Assembly (NCBI GenBank): GCA_964389365.1
Contig: CAYMDO010000001.1
Span: 5,938-69,937, forward strand
From: an uncultured Syntrophomonadaceae bacterium
GTDB taxonomy: Bacteria > Bacillota > Dethiobacteria > DTU022
Direction of reading: 5' to 3'
Length of the DNA: 64,000 nucleotides
Under the pieces are notes generated by a model. That model was not told where the DNA came from. It was given only the letters and a program-made list of their open reading frames with translations, and searched no databases. Below are positions 1 through 11,471 of the stretch, piece after piece. Made by a program: the position numbers and the translations under genes. How positions within the stretch are numbered: the first letter of the stretch is position 1; each line of letters opens with the position of its first letter.

Positions 1-252
1 GAGAGGACTATAGCAGTGATAATTAAAATAGCAATATTTTTTTTGTTAAGTTCTAATGACACTTGATATATAATCTCCCGTCAATTTATTATGGCCCCGG
101 TCAGTAATCGGTTACTCACGTACTGATTATATGTAAAGCGGCTGACTTCAATCCCCGAAAAAGGCCGGATAAAATGAAGCAAATTTGCGGTACCTATGCG
201 AGGCAAAATAATTATTTACCGTTATCAAATCAGTTTAAACATCCTGAATAAG

Positions 253-1674
253 CTACATGATAATGGTAAATACCGTTCCGTTGCTGTCGCTTTTTACGCT
301 AATAAAACCCTTGTGCTGCTCAATAATAGTTTTAACAATAGCCAGGCCGATGCCGTGTTTACCGCCCCGCCCTTTATAAAAACGCTCAAAGATAAAGGGC
401 AGATCTTGATCGGCTACGCCTTCCCCATCATCTTTAATCTCGATTATTGCAGGGCCTTCTTCCTGCCGGCAGCTGATAGTAATCTCTTTACAGGCATACC
501 TGATCGCGTTGGAGATAATATTAGCAAAAGCCCTGGTAAGATGTTTTTCCGAGCAGTTACAGATTACCGGTTTTTCCGCAAAATCAAAGACAAAGCATAC
601 TCCCTTTTCTTCTGCCACGCTGTTCTGGCGTACGGCACAGTTGGAAAGCATTTCACGTAAATCACAAGCAGTGCGCAGGTTCTCATCCTGCGAAAGGTTG
701 TCGATACGAGACAGGTAAAGCAAATCTTCGACCATCTCGCTTAAGCGATCGGTTTCAGAGATAATTACCCTACTGGCCGATTGCGCTTCCAGGATACCGT
801 GTTCTATGCCTTCTGCACTGCAGCGAATCGACTGCAGCGGAGTGCGAAGCTCGTGCGATACATTTTGGAAAAAGGTTTTTTGCTCGCGATCAAAGCTATC
901 CAGATGCCTGGCTGCCGTATTCATGCTGTCGGCCAACTCTGCCAGTTCAAGCTCCTGATAGGTCGCTGAGCTTGGCGTGAAATCGCCCTTGCCGATGCGG
1001 CTTGCAAAGCGGGTCAGCTCACGAATCGGCCTGGCGATAAATCCGGAAATAAAGGTGGCAAAAATGGTCGCGAAAACAAATGCAAGGCCGCAAACAACAA
1101 GCAATACTGTATTGATTCGGCCGGCAAATGCAGTAATAGTGGTCATATCAATGTAGGGAATCATATAACCGGTACCGCTGAAAAAAGCCCCTTCCACCGG
1201 AACCGCTACCAGGTAGAATTCACGCCCCGAAACCTTTATCCGAGCAATTTGCTTACTTGTTAAATCAACCTGTGAGGCTTCGAGCTGGTTAACCAGGTTT
1301 ACAATCTCTTCAATGTCAAAAAACATCACATTATCAAGAGTAGGAAAAATCAGTTCATAGTTCCCGGTAATAATAATCGCTTCAGTTTTACCAACGGGTC
1401 CGCGGGGTAGCTTTCGGATACCTGAAGGCATAATAATAAATTGACCGGGAGTTAATAGCTGACCAGACGGTTCTGTCTGCCCTTGCACTGCTCTGCCGTA
1501 TTCCGCAGCCTGCAAGAAATCCTTCAATTGTTCATTGACGATGCTTTTTATATACTCATTTACCAGCACATTAAAAATTACTAGAACCATGATAAAAACA
1601 ACAGCAATGTAACCGAACAACAAGAGCGTAATCCGGGTGCGGATACTGATACGGCTTTTTTTCTCACTGCCCAC
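253..1674 (-). CDS. Two-component sensor histidine kinase with TM sensor region plus HisKA/HATPase
   Basis: H-box HELRTPL, DxGxG and GxGLAI ATPase motifs at the C-terminus. The N-terminal region is hydrophobic. The gene overlaps the upstream response regulator by 11 nt. Confidence 0.85.
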   Translation of the reverse strand: MGSEKKSRISIRTRITLLLFGYIAVVFIMVLVIFNVLVNEYIKSIVNEQLKDFLQAAEYGRAVQGQTEPSGQLLTPGQFIIMPSGIRKLPRGPVGKTEAIIITGNYELIFPTLDNVMFFDIEEIVNLVNQLEASQVDLTSKQIARIKVSGREFYLVAVPVEGAFFSGTGYMIPYIDMTTITAFAGRINTVLLVVCGLAFVFATIFATFISGFIARPIRELTRFASRIGKGDFTPSSATYQELELAELADSMNTAARHLDSFDREQKTFFQNVSHELRTPLQSIRCSAEGIEHGILEAQSASRVIISETDRLSEMVEDLLYLSRIDNLSQDENLRTACDLREMLSNCAVRQNSVAEEKGVCFVFDFAEKPVICNCSEKHLTRAFANIISNAIRYACKEITISCRQEEGPAIIEIKDDGEGVADQDLPFIFERFYKGRGGKHGIGLAIVKTIIEQHKGFISVKSDSNGTVFTIIM

Positions 1675-2368
1675 TTGCTGATTTCTCCTTCAAGCGAAAA
1701 CCAAAACCCCATACCGTTTCAATAACAACTTCGCCGTCTGTCAATTTTTTTCGCAATCTGCGCACCGTATCATCCGCTGCCCTGGTCTCCACTTCACAGG
1801 TATAGCCCCAGATATTATTGAGCAGCTCTTCCCTGGATACTGCCCGATCACTGTTTTCCAACAGGTATGTAAGCAGGTTATACTCGTTGGGAGTCAGTTC
1901 GACTGCTCTGCCGGCGAGCAATACTTTTTTACTCTGCCGGTTAAGCTCCAGATCCGCAAAGATCAGCAAACTTTCGTTAACCTTGGCACTGCCTGCTCTT
2001 TCATACTCAACACGGCGTAATATGGCCTTAACGCGCATCACCAGAGACATCGCTGAAAACGGCTTGGTAAAATAGTCATCACTGCCTAGGTTAATGCCTG
2101 TAGCGTAATCAAAATCGCTGTCCCGGGCTGTTAACATGATTATCGGCACAGTACTGGTTTTGCGAATCTCCCGGCAAACATCAAAACCGCTGGAACCGGG
2201 CATCATAATATCTAATATAATCAGATCGCAGGGTTCTTCGCGGTAAGCAGCTAAGAGCTGATCACCATCTTTAAAAGCGGCAACCCGGTACCCTTCGCTT
2301 TCGAGAAATGATTTAACCACATCGCGTATATTAACTTCATCATCGGCGATATAGACCAGCTCATTCAC
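1664..2368 (-). CDS. OmpR-family response regulator (receiver plus winged-helix)
   Basis: Receiver domain with DD...D...K pattern (ADDEVNIRD..ILDIMMPG). C-terminal winged-helix LTPNEYNLLTYLLEN....REELL..IWG. Confidence 0.9.
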   Translation of the reverse strand: MNELVYIADDEVNIRDVVKSFLESEGYRVAAFKDGDQLLAAYREEPCDLIILDIMMPGSSGFDVCREIRKTSTVPIIMLTARDSDFDYATGINLGSDDYFTKPFSAMSLVMRVKAILRRVEYERAGSAKVNESLLIFADLELNRQSKKVLLAGRAVELTPNEYNLLTYLLENSDRAVSREELLNNIWGYTCEVETRAADDTVRRLRKKLTDGEVVIETVWGFGFRLKEKSASGQ

Positions 2369-2725
2369 CTAATTAAATACCTCCCGGTTTTTCTGTTGCT
2401 ATTTTAATGCTAAACGGAATATAGATCTATTGAACAGCTGTCATAAACTTGCGGCAAAACCTACGCAAACCAGGTAGCCGCCAAGGACCGGTTCAACAAA
2501 TTGTTTCATCCGCCCCGGTTCTGCGCGGCATGCCGATCTGATCACCACTTTATATCATTGAAATCGAGTACTGCAGTATTTGCATCATATCACAGAAAAC
2601 GCACTTCCCTGCCCGGATAACAGGCTACCCTAATTTAACATGCAAAAAACTATCAGGAATTGTAGGATAACATACCACGCCAACTAACATAGGAGTAATA
2701 ATACATGATCATGGTAAAATAAAGC

Positions 2726-3856
2726 ATGAACAATGACGCTTACGATCTGGTGGTAATAGGCGCCGGGCCAGCCGGAACGCTTGCTGCTGCAACAGCAGCA
2801 GAAGCCGGTTTAAAAACAGCCATTATTGAGCTGAAAAGTTTGCCACGCCAAAAATTGTGCGGCGGCTTGATCTCGTCCAGGGCTCTTTCCCTGCTTCCGC
2901 CTGATTTCCACCTGCCGGCAAAAGAAGCATCTGCAATTTTTCATTTCACGTTTATAAAAAATAACCATTGCTACGAATACCGGGCTGATAAACCGTTAGG
3001 ATTGCTGATCGAGAGAACCCTTTTTGATCAACTTTTTGCTGCCTACGCCTGCCAAAAAGGTGTCACTTTGATCGAGGAAGCAGCCCTTAAAGGTGTGATA
3101 CCAGGGCACGGCACAGCTAATCAACAGACAAATGATTTTTCAGTTCACTTCCGCACAGGAGGGGTGCTTCAGATAATCAGCACACACTTTTTAATTGCGG
3201 CCGACGGTGCTTTTAGCCACTGTGCCGAGCTCGGGGGGATAAACCGGCGTTTACGAAAAAATATTTGCGGCCAGGGCCTGGCAGAGTTAATTCCGGAAAA
3301 GGCGCTCCCGGCTGGTGCGCCAAACAGCCTGCCACGGCTTGATTTTTATCCGATGCCATTTCAGGGCGGCTTGGGTTGGGCTTTTTATGGCAATGGCCGG
3401 CTTAACCGCGGTGTTGGCGGATTTTGCGGGCGTAGCGCTCTTATGAAATCCTATACCCGGCTTTTTGGCACGATACCGGAAGGAAGAACATTGAAAAATT
3501 GGCCACTACCCTTCCTTGGCCCGGTGAGTAAAGCGGCTGAAAAAAACCTGCTGCTGATCGGTGACTCTGCCGGCTTAATCGAACCTTTTTCAGGGGAAGG
3601 GCTTTATAACTGTTTTAAAAGCGCCAAACTGGCAGTGCAGGCTATCAGAGAAGCAAAAATAGCTGGCATTCACGCTGCTATCCCCTATAACCGGCTCTAC
3701 AAAAGGCATTTTCGCCGTTACTTTTTGCCAACCCTGGCAGGTGCGGTTATATTGACAGCACTGTCGCTGATCTGCCCTTCCGCAATGCCGCAGCAAATCG
3801 CCCGGTTGTTCGAGAACCGGCTGTGGTTCAATGATCAAAATTTTGATCCTCGATAA
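2726..3856 (+). CDS. FAD-dependent oxidoreductase, geranylgeranyl-reductase-like family
   Basis: N-terminal dinucleotide fold VVIGAGPAGTLAA. GDSAG motif near the C-terminus, resembling the GDAAG of geranylgeranyl reductases. Confidence 0.65.
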   Translation: MNNDAYDLVVIGAGPAGTLAAATAAEAGLKTAIIELKSLPRQKLCGGLISSRALSLLPPDFHLPAKEASAIFHFTFIKNNHCYEYRADKPLGLLIERTLFDQLFAAYACQKGVTLIEEAALKGVIPGHGTANQQTNDFSVHFRTGGVLQIISTHFLIAADGAFSHCAELGGINRRLRKNICGQGLAELIPEKALPAGAPNSLPRLDFYPMPFQGGLGWAFYGNGRLNRGVGGFCGRSALMKSYTRLFGTIPEGRTLKNWPLPFLGPVSKAAEKNLLLIGDSAGLIEPFSGEGLYNCFKSAKLAVQAIREAKIAGIHAAIPYNRLYKRHFRRYFLPTLAGAVILTALSLICPSAMPQQIARLFENRLWFNDQNFDPR

Positions 3857-5015
3857 AATCGTGGATAGAAACCAAACGGTTATCCCTGTAAAAGAAACGA
3901 GGTACCCGCTTATCCACTGCACACAACAGCTCATAATTTACAGTTCCGATTAAAGCGGCCGCTTCTTCAACAGGGATTTCCTCCGCTCCCTGCCTGCCGT
4001 ATAGAATTACTTCATCGCCCCGCTGCACCCCCGGAATATGGGTAACATTAACCATCAGATGATCCATGCAAACCCTGCCCACAACCGGTGCCCTAATCCC
4101 GCGTATTAAAACCTCTCCCTTGTTTGAAAGTTGGCGGTTGTAGCCGTCTGCATAACCGACAGAGACAGTAGCAATTGTTTCCACAGCTGCAGTTTTATAA
4201 GTACAACCGTAACTGATACAGCTGCCCGGTGGCAGTTTTTTTACCATCACTACCCGGCTTTTAAATGTCAGGGCGGGTTTTAGGGTAACGCCGCATTTGC
4301 TGAGGGAGGGAGCAGGGTAATGCCCGTAGAGAGCAAGCCCCAGGCGAATCAGGTTATAGTGAGAACCGGGATAATTTATCGCTGCAGCGCTATTTGCAGC
4401 ATGAACCAGGGGGAAAGCGATATTCTTCGCTTTCAGGGTTTCAACAACTATGTTGAATTTGCGCAACTGCTCTTCGGTGTAAGACTGATTTTCATCTTCA
4501 GCCGAAGCTAGGTGGGTAAAAATACCCTCAATCTTAATTGCGGGAAGGCCTGCAATCTGCTCAACTATGGCTGCCGCTTCTGCGGGAAGAAGGCCAACAC
4601 GACCCATACCGGTATCTATCTTTAACTGCAGGGGTAATATTACACCCGCAGCCTGAGCTTGTTTTGACAATTCCGCAGCGGTAAGGAAATCAAACACAGT
4701 AGGAGTTAGGTTATGCTCAATCAAGGTGGCGTAATGCACCGGATCGGTGTAACCAAGCAAAAGGATCGGGGCTTCAATGCCGGCCTGACGCAGTAAAATC
4801 CCCTCTTCAACGAAAGCAACAGCCAGGCTTTCGGCTCCGGAAGCAAGGGCAGCTTTTCCGACAACAGCAGCGCCGTGACCGTATCCGTCAGCCTTAACAA
4901 CGGCCATTATCCTGGTAGTGGGGGCCACCAGCTGCCTGAACTGAGCGATATTGTAAGAAATATAATCCAGGTTAATTTCAACCCAGGCCGGGCGAGCGGA
5001 ATAAACTGAGCGCAT
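3828..5015 (-). CDS. alr: Alanine racemase
   Basis: PLP-lysine motif AVVKADGYGHG and overall Alr architecture, ~395 aa. Confidence 0.9.
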   Translation of the reverse strand: MRSVYSARPAWVEINLDYISYNIAQFRQLVAPTTRIMAVVKADGYGHGAAVVGKAALASGAESLAVAFVEEGILLRQAGIEAPILLLGYTDPVHYATLIEHNLTPTVFDFLTAAELSKQAQAAGVILPLQLKIDTGMGRVGLLPAEAAAIVEQIAGLPAIKIEGIFTHLASAEDENQSYTEEQLRKFNIVVETLKAKNIAFPLVHAANSAAAINYPGSHYNLIRLGLALYGHYPAPSLSKCGVTLKPALTFKSRVVMVKKLPPGSCISYGCTYKTAAVETIATVSVGYADGYNRQLSNKGEVLIRGIRAPVVGRVCMDHLMVNVTHIPGVQRGDEVILYGRQGAEEIPVEEAAALIGTVNYELLCAVDKRVPRFFYRDNRLVSIHDFIEDQNFDH

Positions 5016-5028
5016 ATTTCCCCCTATT

Positions 5029-6318
5029 CTAGACTATCAGGCGAATCGTGCTGGGGTTGGGCCTGATCATCTCCAATTCCATAACTTGGTCAAGGGCTGT
5101 TCGAAAAGCAGATTCACGAACCAGATGAGTAACCAGCATAATCTCTGCCAGATCTTCCACCCGGCGTTTCTGGATAACCATATCCAGGCTGACCTGGTTG
5201 TCCCCAAACACCCGTGAGAATGCTGCAAGCACTCCCGGGCGATCCTCTGCCAGAAATCGGAGATAAAAGCGATTGCTTAACTCTTCAATCGGCACATAGA
5301 TAGTACCGGAAAACTTATTTTCAACTACACTGCAAACTGACTGGCCTGTGATACAGCGGGCCGCTTCCACTACATCAGCCATAACGGCTGTTGAGGTAGG
5401 ACTGCCACCAGCTCCACGTCCATAGAACATAATATCACCAACCGCTTCACCTTCGATAAAAACGGCATTGAACTCATTATTAACAGAAGCCAGCGGATGG
5501 TGCTGCGGTATCATGGCAGGGTGGACCCTGAGTGCAATGCCGGATGGCAGTTCTTCACCGATGGCCAGTAACTTGATTACAGATCCGATTTCACGGGCAT
5601 AGTTAATATCAGCAGCAGTAATGCCGGTAATCCCTTCTACATGAACCCGGGCGGGATCAATCGAACATCCAAAAGCAAGACTGGCCATAATCACTAATTT
5701 ATAGGATGCATCACGACCTTCAATATCGCTTGCGGGATCTGCCTCAGCAAAACCTTTTTCCCGGGCCTGGGCCAGAGCAGTAGCAAATTCAAGCCCTTCT
5801 TGGCCCATGCGGGTTAAGATATAGTTAGTTGTACCATTTAAGATCCCTGCCACCCTCGTGATCCGATCACCGACCAGGCTGTACTTTAAAGGGCGGATCA
5901 AGGGGATACCACCACCTACACTGGCCTCATAATAAAGGTTCCGGTTCTGAAAGCGGGCCAATTCCAGCAGCTCATCCCCGTGAGTGGCAATCAGGTCTTT
6001 ATTTGCCGTAACAACATATTTACCGTTCTTGAGCGCTTCCCTGATCAGTGCGCCGGCGGGTTCGATCCCGCCGATCAGCTCAATTACAATATCAATCTCC
6101 GGATCTTTTACCAGTTCAAACGCATCAGGCAATACTTTTTCGGCCGGTAATTTGAAGCTTTTCAGTTTATCAGGGTCATGTTCGGCAACCCGCCAGAGAA
6201 CCAGCTGAAGATCATTTTTTTGATTAATACTGCTTATATTGCGTTCAAACAGCTTAGCGACACTGCCTCCAATTGTCCCTAAGCCGACCAGGCCTACTTT
6301 TATTGCTTTTTTCCCCAT
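5029..6318 (-). CDS. hom: Homoserine dehydrogenase with C-terminal ACT domain
   Basis: N-terminal Rossmann VGLVGLGTIGGSV, central catalytic region and C-terminal ACT-like segment, 429 aa. Confidence 0.9.
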   Translation of the reverse strand: MGKKAIKVGLVGLGTIGGSVAKLFERNISSINQKNDLQLVLWRVAEHDPDKLKSFKLPAEKVLPDAFELVKDPEIDIVIELIGGIEPAGALIREALKNGKYVVTANKDLIATHGDELLELARFQNRNLYYEASVGGGIPLIRPLKYSLVGDRITRVAGILNGTTNYILTRMGQEGLEFATALAQAREKGFAEADPASDIEGRDASYKLVIMASLAFGCSIDPARVHVEGITGITAADINYAREIGSVIKLLAIGEELPSGIALRVHPAMIPQHHPLASVNNEFNAVFIEGEAVGDIMFYGRGAGGSPTSTAVMADVVEAARCITGQSVCSVVENKFSGTIYVPIEELSNRFYLRFLAEDRPGVLAAFSRVFGDNQVSLDMVIQKRRVEDLAEIMLVTHLVRESAFRTALDQVMELEMIRPNPSTIRLIV

Positions 6319-6352
6319 AGAACAGCAGGCTCCCTTTTACATAGATGATTAG

Positions 6353-7597
6353 TTATTCGTAGATTTTCTCATCCACCTGATCTGCTTCCGCAGCGTCAAA
6401 TTCGATATCACGCGCTTTGAAACCTATTTCTGCCAGCTCCTTGTAGTATTCATGCTGAATGATCAGATCCATAATTTCATTGGTCCCGGTCCAGATCATG
6501 ATCAGGCGGACATCCCTGAGCATTTTTTCGATCGGGTAAACATTAGTATAACCTATTCCTCCCATTATTTGCATCGCATTGTTGACAATTTTCCAGGCAT
6601 TTTCGGTGGCCACTTTTTTTGCTTCAGATACCATGCGGCGGGAACGCCCGGCCAGATCACCGGCGTCAACTGAACTGGCAGCAAGATAAACTATGCCGCG
6701 GGCAGTATCAAGCAAAGTTATGCTGTCTGCCACTTTAAAGCTGACCGCCTGAAAGTTTTTTATCTCGGTGCTAAATGCTTTACGACGTGTGCTATAACGG
6801 GCAGCTACCTCAAGGGCAGCCCGGCCCATGCCAAGCGCTCCGCCCGCGCTGGTCATCCGTTCCGGGATCATCATCTGGTAAAAGATGACCGAGCCTCCAT
6901 TTTCCTCCCCCAGTAGGTTTTCTGCTGGAACAGAAACATCATCAAAAACCAGGCGGCCTGTTCCTCCGCCCCGCGTGCCCATCAGGCCGTAAAGGTATTC
7001 CGCTTTTACTGCAGGACTGCGATCAACGATAAAAGCGCTGATCGATTTGTGCGGTGGGCCATCAGGTTTGGTTCGGGCATAAACCATGAAGTAGTCTGCT
7101 CCTTCCGACCCGACTACAAAACGTTTCTGACCGTTTATTATATAGCGGTTACCTTCTTTTCTGGCCGTACAGTTGGCGCCAAAGAAGTCCGACCCGCCCC
7201 GTGGCTCAGTCAGGGCCTCTGCCGTTGTCAGTTTGCCCTCGATAGTCGGTTTTAAATATTTTTCTTTCAGGAAGTCGGAGCCAAATTTGTTAATCGCTTC
7301 CCCGACAATACTAACCAGCGAGTAAAGGCAACCCAGCGAAGTGCCGAGCACACCGATTTCTTCAAGGGCAATTATTTCTGTAGTCCAGGACAACCCCCTG
7401 CCCCCGTATTTTTCCGGGAAACGTAAACCCAGCAGGTTACGGCTTGCCGCTTTCTCCAAATATTCCCTGGGATAGCGAATCTTATCCTCATCCATATCCC
7501 TTAAAAGATGTTTGTCAACATCTTCTTTCACAAACAAGCGGACTTCATCGCGTAGGGCTTTCTGTGCAGCCGTCATCATACATTCAAGCATTTCCAT
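6353..7597 (-). CDS. Acyl-CoA dehydrogenase family protein
   Basis: Three-domain ACAD pattern over 414 aa, with a C-terminal extension. Confidence 0.8.
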   Translation of the reverse strand: MEMLECMMTAAQKALRDEVRLFVKEDVDKHLLRDMDEDKIRYPREYLEKAASRNLLGLRFPEKYGGRGLSWTTEIIALEEIGVLGTSLGCLYSLVSIVGEAINKFGSDFLKEKYLKPTIEGKLTTAEALTEPRGGSDFFGANCTARKEGNRYIINGQKRFVVGSEGADYFMVYARTKPDGPPHKSISAFIVDRSPAVKAEYLYGLMGTRGGGTGRLVFDDVSVPAENLLGEENGGSVIFYQMMIPERMTSAGGALGMGRAALEVAARYSTRRKAFSTEIKNFQAVSFKVADSITLLDTARGIVYLAASSVDAGDLAGRSRRMVSEAKKVATENAWKIVNNAMQIMGGIGYTNVYPIEKMLRDVRLIMIWTGTNEIMDLIIQHEYYKELAEIGFKARDIEFDAAEADQVDEKIYE

Positions 7598-7613
7598 ACC
7601 CCCCCTCGTATTG

Positions 7614-9194
7614 TTAATGTGGGCGAAGCTTTGATAAAAAAGGGTTCCCGGGCAAAACTAAATTAACAGTTTCAAGCAGCTGAAAAGCTTTGTCGTACTG
7701 CTGCAAGATATCTCTGGCGCTGTGGCCGCGACCCGGGGGCAGCAGATCTCCGGCCAGGCCGTGGATGTAAGCCCCGGCCATAGCTGCTTTTTCCGGGCTC
7801 ATCCCCTGGGCGATGAAAGATGTGATCAGGCCGGTCAGCAGATCCCCTGAACCGGCAGTAGCCAGGGCAACACTGCCAGTTGGGTTGATTGCCGCATCGC
7901 CATCGGGAGTGGCAATTACCGAGTTTGCGCCTTTGAGGACAATATTACAATTCCAAAAATTAGCGTTTTTCAAGGCTATCTCCAGGCGGCTGCTCTGAAC
8001 CTGCTTAGCTGAGATTCCGGCCAAACGGGCCATTTCGCCTGGATGCGGTGTAACAACCGGAATAAACTTTGAAGAGCGTAACATATTCATATTCGGACCT
8101 AACGCGGTGAGGGCGCCGGCATCAAGAACCAAGGGCACAGGGCTAAGTTGAATCAACCTGTTAATCAGCTCTGATGTTTCCTTGCCGGTATCAAGGCCGG
8201 GGCCAATAGCCAGGGCATCACACTCTTTTGCTCTTGCTATGATCAGATCGGAGGCTAAGGGACTGATTATACCCGGAGAACTTTCCGGAAGCGGAATAAC
8301 GATCACTTCAACCAGCTTTGATTCAAGAATCGGGCAAACAGACTCCGGGGCGGCGAGATAAACCAGGCCGGAGCCACCCCTTAAGGCCGATTCAGCTGTA
8401 AGTGCTGCCGCACCGGTCATTCCCGGGGAACCGGCAATAACCATCGATCTGCCAAGGCTACCTTTATGTGCATCAGAAGGCCTGGGTGGTAATAAACTGC
8501 GAACCAGGGATGGTGTAAGCAACTCAACTTTTACCCCCTCGGCCAGATAGGGCGGGATATAGACTTCGCCCACATATACTTCCCCTGCCAAGCTGGCCCC
8601 CGGTTGTAAAAGCAATCCCAGTTTGGGAAAGGCAAAAGTCAGTGTCCAGCGTGCCCGGACGGCATTGCCCATCACTGCACCGTTATCGGCATTAACCCCG
8701 GAAGGCACATCAACGGCGAGGACCGGCACATCACTCCTGTTTATAGCCTCGATAATCCCGGCCATCAAACCTTCTACCTCGCGGTTAATCCCTGTTCCCA
8801 AGAGGGAATCTATAAGCAAATCGGAGTGCAGTATTTCCATCTTAAAAAGATGGAGTTCTTGCTGGGTATGGATACGCTTGATCGGAAATGCTGTTTTGAG
8901 AAGGTATTTTTCGAAAATTGAAGCTTCCCCGCGGTATGCTCCCGTGCGTTCGGTGCTCCACAGCGATACTTTGTAACCGGACATCATCAGCAGCCGGGCA
9001 GCCACCAACCCGTCACCGCCATTATTGCCCGGCCCTGCGATCACTACCACTTCTGCAAGATCGGGCAAACAGGAACGCACAAACTCTGCTACCCTGGCCC
9101 CGGCAGTTTCCATTAGCACTGCCCCAGGCAGGCCAAGATCTTCTATTGTTTTCCGATCACAAGCTTTCATGGCCACACTGCTTAGGATTTTCAT
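7614..9194 (-). CDS. nnr: Bifunctional NAD(P)H-hydrate repair enzyme (epimerase/dehydratase)
   Basis: YjeF-N epimerase domain ([11 protein letters not shown]) followed by a carbohydrate-kinase-like dehydratase domain (GPGL, GSGD). Confidence 0.9.
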   Translation of the reverse strand: MKILSSVAMKACDRKTIEDLGLPGAVLMETAGARVAEFVRSCLPDLAEVVVIAGPGNNGGDGLVAARLLMMSGYKVSLWSTERTGAYRGEASIFEKYLLKTAFPIKRIHTQQELHLFKMEILHSDLLIDSLLGTGINREVEGLMAGIIEAINRSDVPVLAVDVPSGVNADNGAVMGNAVRARWTLTFAFPKLGLLLQPGASLAGEVYVGEVYIPPYLAEGVKVELLTPSLVRSLLPPRPSDAHKGSLGRSMVIAGSPGMTGAAALTAESALRGGSGLVYLAAPESVCPILESKLVEVIVIPLPESSPGIISPLASDLIIARAKECDALAIGPGLDTGKETSELINRLIQLSPVPLVLDAGALTALGPNMNMLRSSKFIPVVTPHPGEMARLAGISAKQVQSSRLEIALKNANFWNCNIVLKGANSVIATPDGDAAINPTGSVALATAGSGDLLTGLITSFIAQGMSPEKAAMAGAYIHGLAGDLLPPGRGHSARDILQQYDKAFQLLETVNLVLPGNPFLSKLRPH

Positions 9195-9302
9195 CTTAAG
9201 CTGCCCCCGTTCACAAAAAATAATCTGAATAACTTAAATTCGAGGGATATCTAATTTTTTCCTCTAATTACGACAGATTATGAGCCAACGTTTACAAAAA
9301 GC

Positions 9303-9331
9303 TTGCTTTTTCCCCAAGGTGATGATAGTAT
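9303..9331 (+). promoter_or_regulatory. Candidate sigma-A promoter for rpsT: TTGCTT -17- TAGTAT
   Basis: -35 TTGCTT at 9303-9308, a 17 nt spacer, then -10 TAGTAT at 9326-9331. The promoter lies ~40 nt upstream of the AGGAGG RBS. Confidence 0.35.
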
Positions 9332-9368
9332 TTTGATGTTTCAAAGGTAGAAAGGAGGTTCGAAGGGT

Positions 9369-9638
9369 TTGCCAAATATTAAATCAGCTGAAAAAAGGGT
9401 TAGACAGAACGTTAAACGCGAGTTACGTAACCGGCGGACTAAGAGCATGCTAAAAACATCGATCCGCCGTTTTGAAGAATCTCTGCAGAGTGGCGACATA
9501 GAAGAGGCAAAGGTTACGCTCAAAGCTGCAGTCCGTCAGATTGACAGGGCTACCACCAGGGGAGTGGTCCATAAAAATACTGCAGCACGTAAAAAATCCC
9601 GCCTGAGCAGGATCTTTAACCAAAGCCACGCGGTTTAG
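9369..9638 (+). CDS. rpsT: 30S ribosomal protein S20
   Basis: TTG start 9 nt after AGGAGGT. MPNIKSAEKRVRQN... is canonical S20. Confidence 0.95.
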   Translation: MPNIKSAEKRVRQNVKRELRNRRTKSMLKTSIRRFEESLQSGDIEEAKVTLKAAVRQIDRATTRGVVHKNTAARKKSRLSRIFNQSHAV

Positions 9639-9674
9639 GTTATTGCCAACAAGGCATGAATATTTCCGAAACAT

Positions 9675-9720
9675 AAACCGGTTTGGACACGATTCTGTCA
9701 AAACCGGTTTTTACGCTTTT
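9675..9720. terminator. Bidirectional hairpin terminator between rpsT (+) and the convergent minus-strand gene
   Basis: A 10 bp stem formed by two copies of AAACCGGTTT (9675-9684 and 9701-9710) with a 16 nt loop, T-rich on both sides. Confidence 0.5.
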
Positions 9721-10258
9721 AAGGCTTCCTAAGACTGGGAACATTATTTTCTAATAGAATTTCTGCCAGCCAAACCCCAGCCCGGCCCACCACATCGGCA
9801 CATTTTTGGCTGTGGCCCCCCAGTGATTCATATTCTGCATATTCGTCACTATCAAGAAAGTGAAATGCTTTGCCAAAGAGATGATCCTGGACTGCCCTGC
9901 AGGTATCACCGCCATATTCTTTTACTATACGCTCCCAGTAACGACGAACAAATGGCCCGGGACGGCGTAGCAAGCCAATGTTGGCACACTCCTCCCGGGA
10001 ACGGCCAAAGAAATGGCTGAGAATAATAACCCCACCGGTCAGTACGCCACAGGGCCCTTCAATTGTCGAGGCCAAGCCACCTGAAAAAGAAGTAGCAGCT
10101 TTAAAAAGAATGTCCGGCACAGGGAAATAGTCCTGTATCGATGCAACAACACACTGGGCACACCCATAATAGCGTTGTTCCATTTCAAACCCTCGTTGAT
10201 AAACTTCTTTAAACAATTTTTCACGGTCAAGCTCCGGTTTGATAGTCACTTGCAACAC
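9719..10258 (-). CDS. C_GCAxxG_C_C family putative redox-active protein
   Basis: YGCAQCVVASI and CGVLTGGVIILS match the hallmark cysteine motifs of the family. Confidence 0.65.
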   Translation of the reverse strand: MLQVTIKPELDREKLFKEVYQRGFEMEQRYYGCAQCVVASIQDYFPVPDILFKAATSFSGGLASTIEGPCGVLTGGVIILSHFFGRSREECANIGLLRRPGPFVRRYWERIVKEYGGDTCRAVQDHLFGKAFHFLDSDEYAEYESLGGHSQKCADVVGRAGVWLAEILLENNVPSLRKP

Positions 10259-10263
10259 TCCTG

Positions 10264-11343
10264 TCAGGATGGATTATTTTGCCGGTAATCAATGCAGCTA
10301 AGGATTATGCGCAACGCCTGCACCGGGTCAAGTATTCCGGTTTTTATCTTCAAGTCTGTATTTTGCAGGTCGATAAAGATATCTTCTAGCACCCTGCGAT
10401 CGATCGCAGTTGCCTGATCCCGCAGCTTTCTGGCAACGAAAGGGTGAACCGCCATGGCCGATGTGATCTCAGTCAGCGGGAGCCCCTCTTCGATAAGGCA
10501 CCGTGCCTGCAGTAAAAGACGATAATGCCTAACCAGCATAAAAAAAATTGAGAGCGGTTTTTCCCGCCTGCCCAGCAAACGATCAAGCTGAACCTGAGAC
10601 CCGTCGTGATCTCCCCCGGCCAAGGCATCGGTCAGAATAAAAACCGTGCTTTCCAGATCGCCGGCAAAGAGCAGATCAACTGTGCCAGCAGTGATCTCAG
10701 TTTCTTCTTCACTTAAGTATGCTGCATATTTCCCTAATTCGTTAGCAAAATAGTGCAGGCTGTGGCTTCCTGACATCAGCAGCCTGTCAACGGCTGAACG
10801 ATCAATTCTTTTGCCAAGGGATGCAGCTTTGCGGTTTATCCAGACAGACAATTCATCACCTTTAAGCGCTGAACATTCAACCGCTAATCCCTCTTTATCT
10901 ACTATTTTAAAGATGCGTTTACGCCGGTCAACACCCGGAGATTGAAAAATAATAATTGTATCAGGCATTTTGGAACCCAGCCGTTCGAAATAATCCGCCA
11001 ACATTTCGGCGCCGGCTTTTTCAGAATCCTGATAGCTTTCACCGGCCTCCTCATTCAGGTTTTCTATTTTCCGGGGAGGAGCCAGGTACGGTGGGTTATC
11101 AATAATAAATATCCGCCGCTCACTGAAGATAGCACTTTCTTCAGCCTTGCTAAGAACAAATTGCAAGTCATATTCTCCTCCGTCAATTTTTTCACAGCCC
11201 AGCTCGGCATTTTTATTAAGATAATGCTGTTTAAGCAGTCCTGTCAAATCTTCCCGCAGGTAGCTTTCTTCGCCAAAAAATAAGTAAATCGGAGCAAAGT
11301 TTTCAGCTTTAATTTCTCGTAATGCAGCCTGATAGGATTGCAT
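10264..11343 (-). CDS. holA: DNA polymerase III delta subunit
   Basis: N-terminal IYLFFGEESYL clamp-loader delta signature, 359 aa. holA sits next to rpsT as in other Firmicutes. Confidence 0.85.
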   Translation of the reverse strand: MQSYQAALREIKAENFAPIYLFFGEESYLREDLTGLLKQHYLNKNAELGCEKIDGGEYDLQFVLSKAEESAIFSERRIFIIDNPPYLAPPRKIENLNEEAGESYQDSEKAGAEMLADYFERLGSKMPDTIIIFQSPGVDRRKRIFKIVDKEGLAVECSALKGDELSVWINRKAASLGKRIDRSAVDRLLMSGSHSLHYFANELGKYAAYLSEEETEITAGTVDLLFAGDLESTVFILTDALAGGDHDGSQVQLDRLLGRREKPLSIFFMLVRHYRLLLQARCLIEEGLPLTEITSAMAVHPFVARKLRDQATAIDRRVLEDIFIDLQNTDLKIKTGILDPVQALRIILSCIDYRQNNPS

Positions 11344-11471
11344 TTATCTGTTCTCCTTAAAAACCCTAAACCAGATCCTGCGTGATTCAAGCAGAAAAAT
11401 GACCAGCACTGTAATAACTTCGGGGCGACCTATAATCATCATTATTATCATCGCCGAAAGCACTGTTCTGC

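Noticed and set aside
196-660. 154-codon plus-strand ORF
   Set aside because: Lies entirely antisense within the histidine kinase gene and has no motifs. It is a typical shadow ORF.
2440-2508. 22-codon hydrophobic micro-ORF (MKQFVEPVLGGYLVCVGFAASL) in the response-regulator leader
   Set aside because: Too short, with no RBS evidence. It cannot be distinguished from chance.
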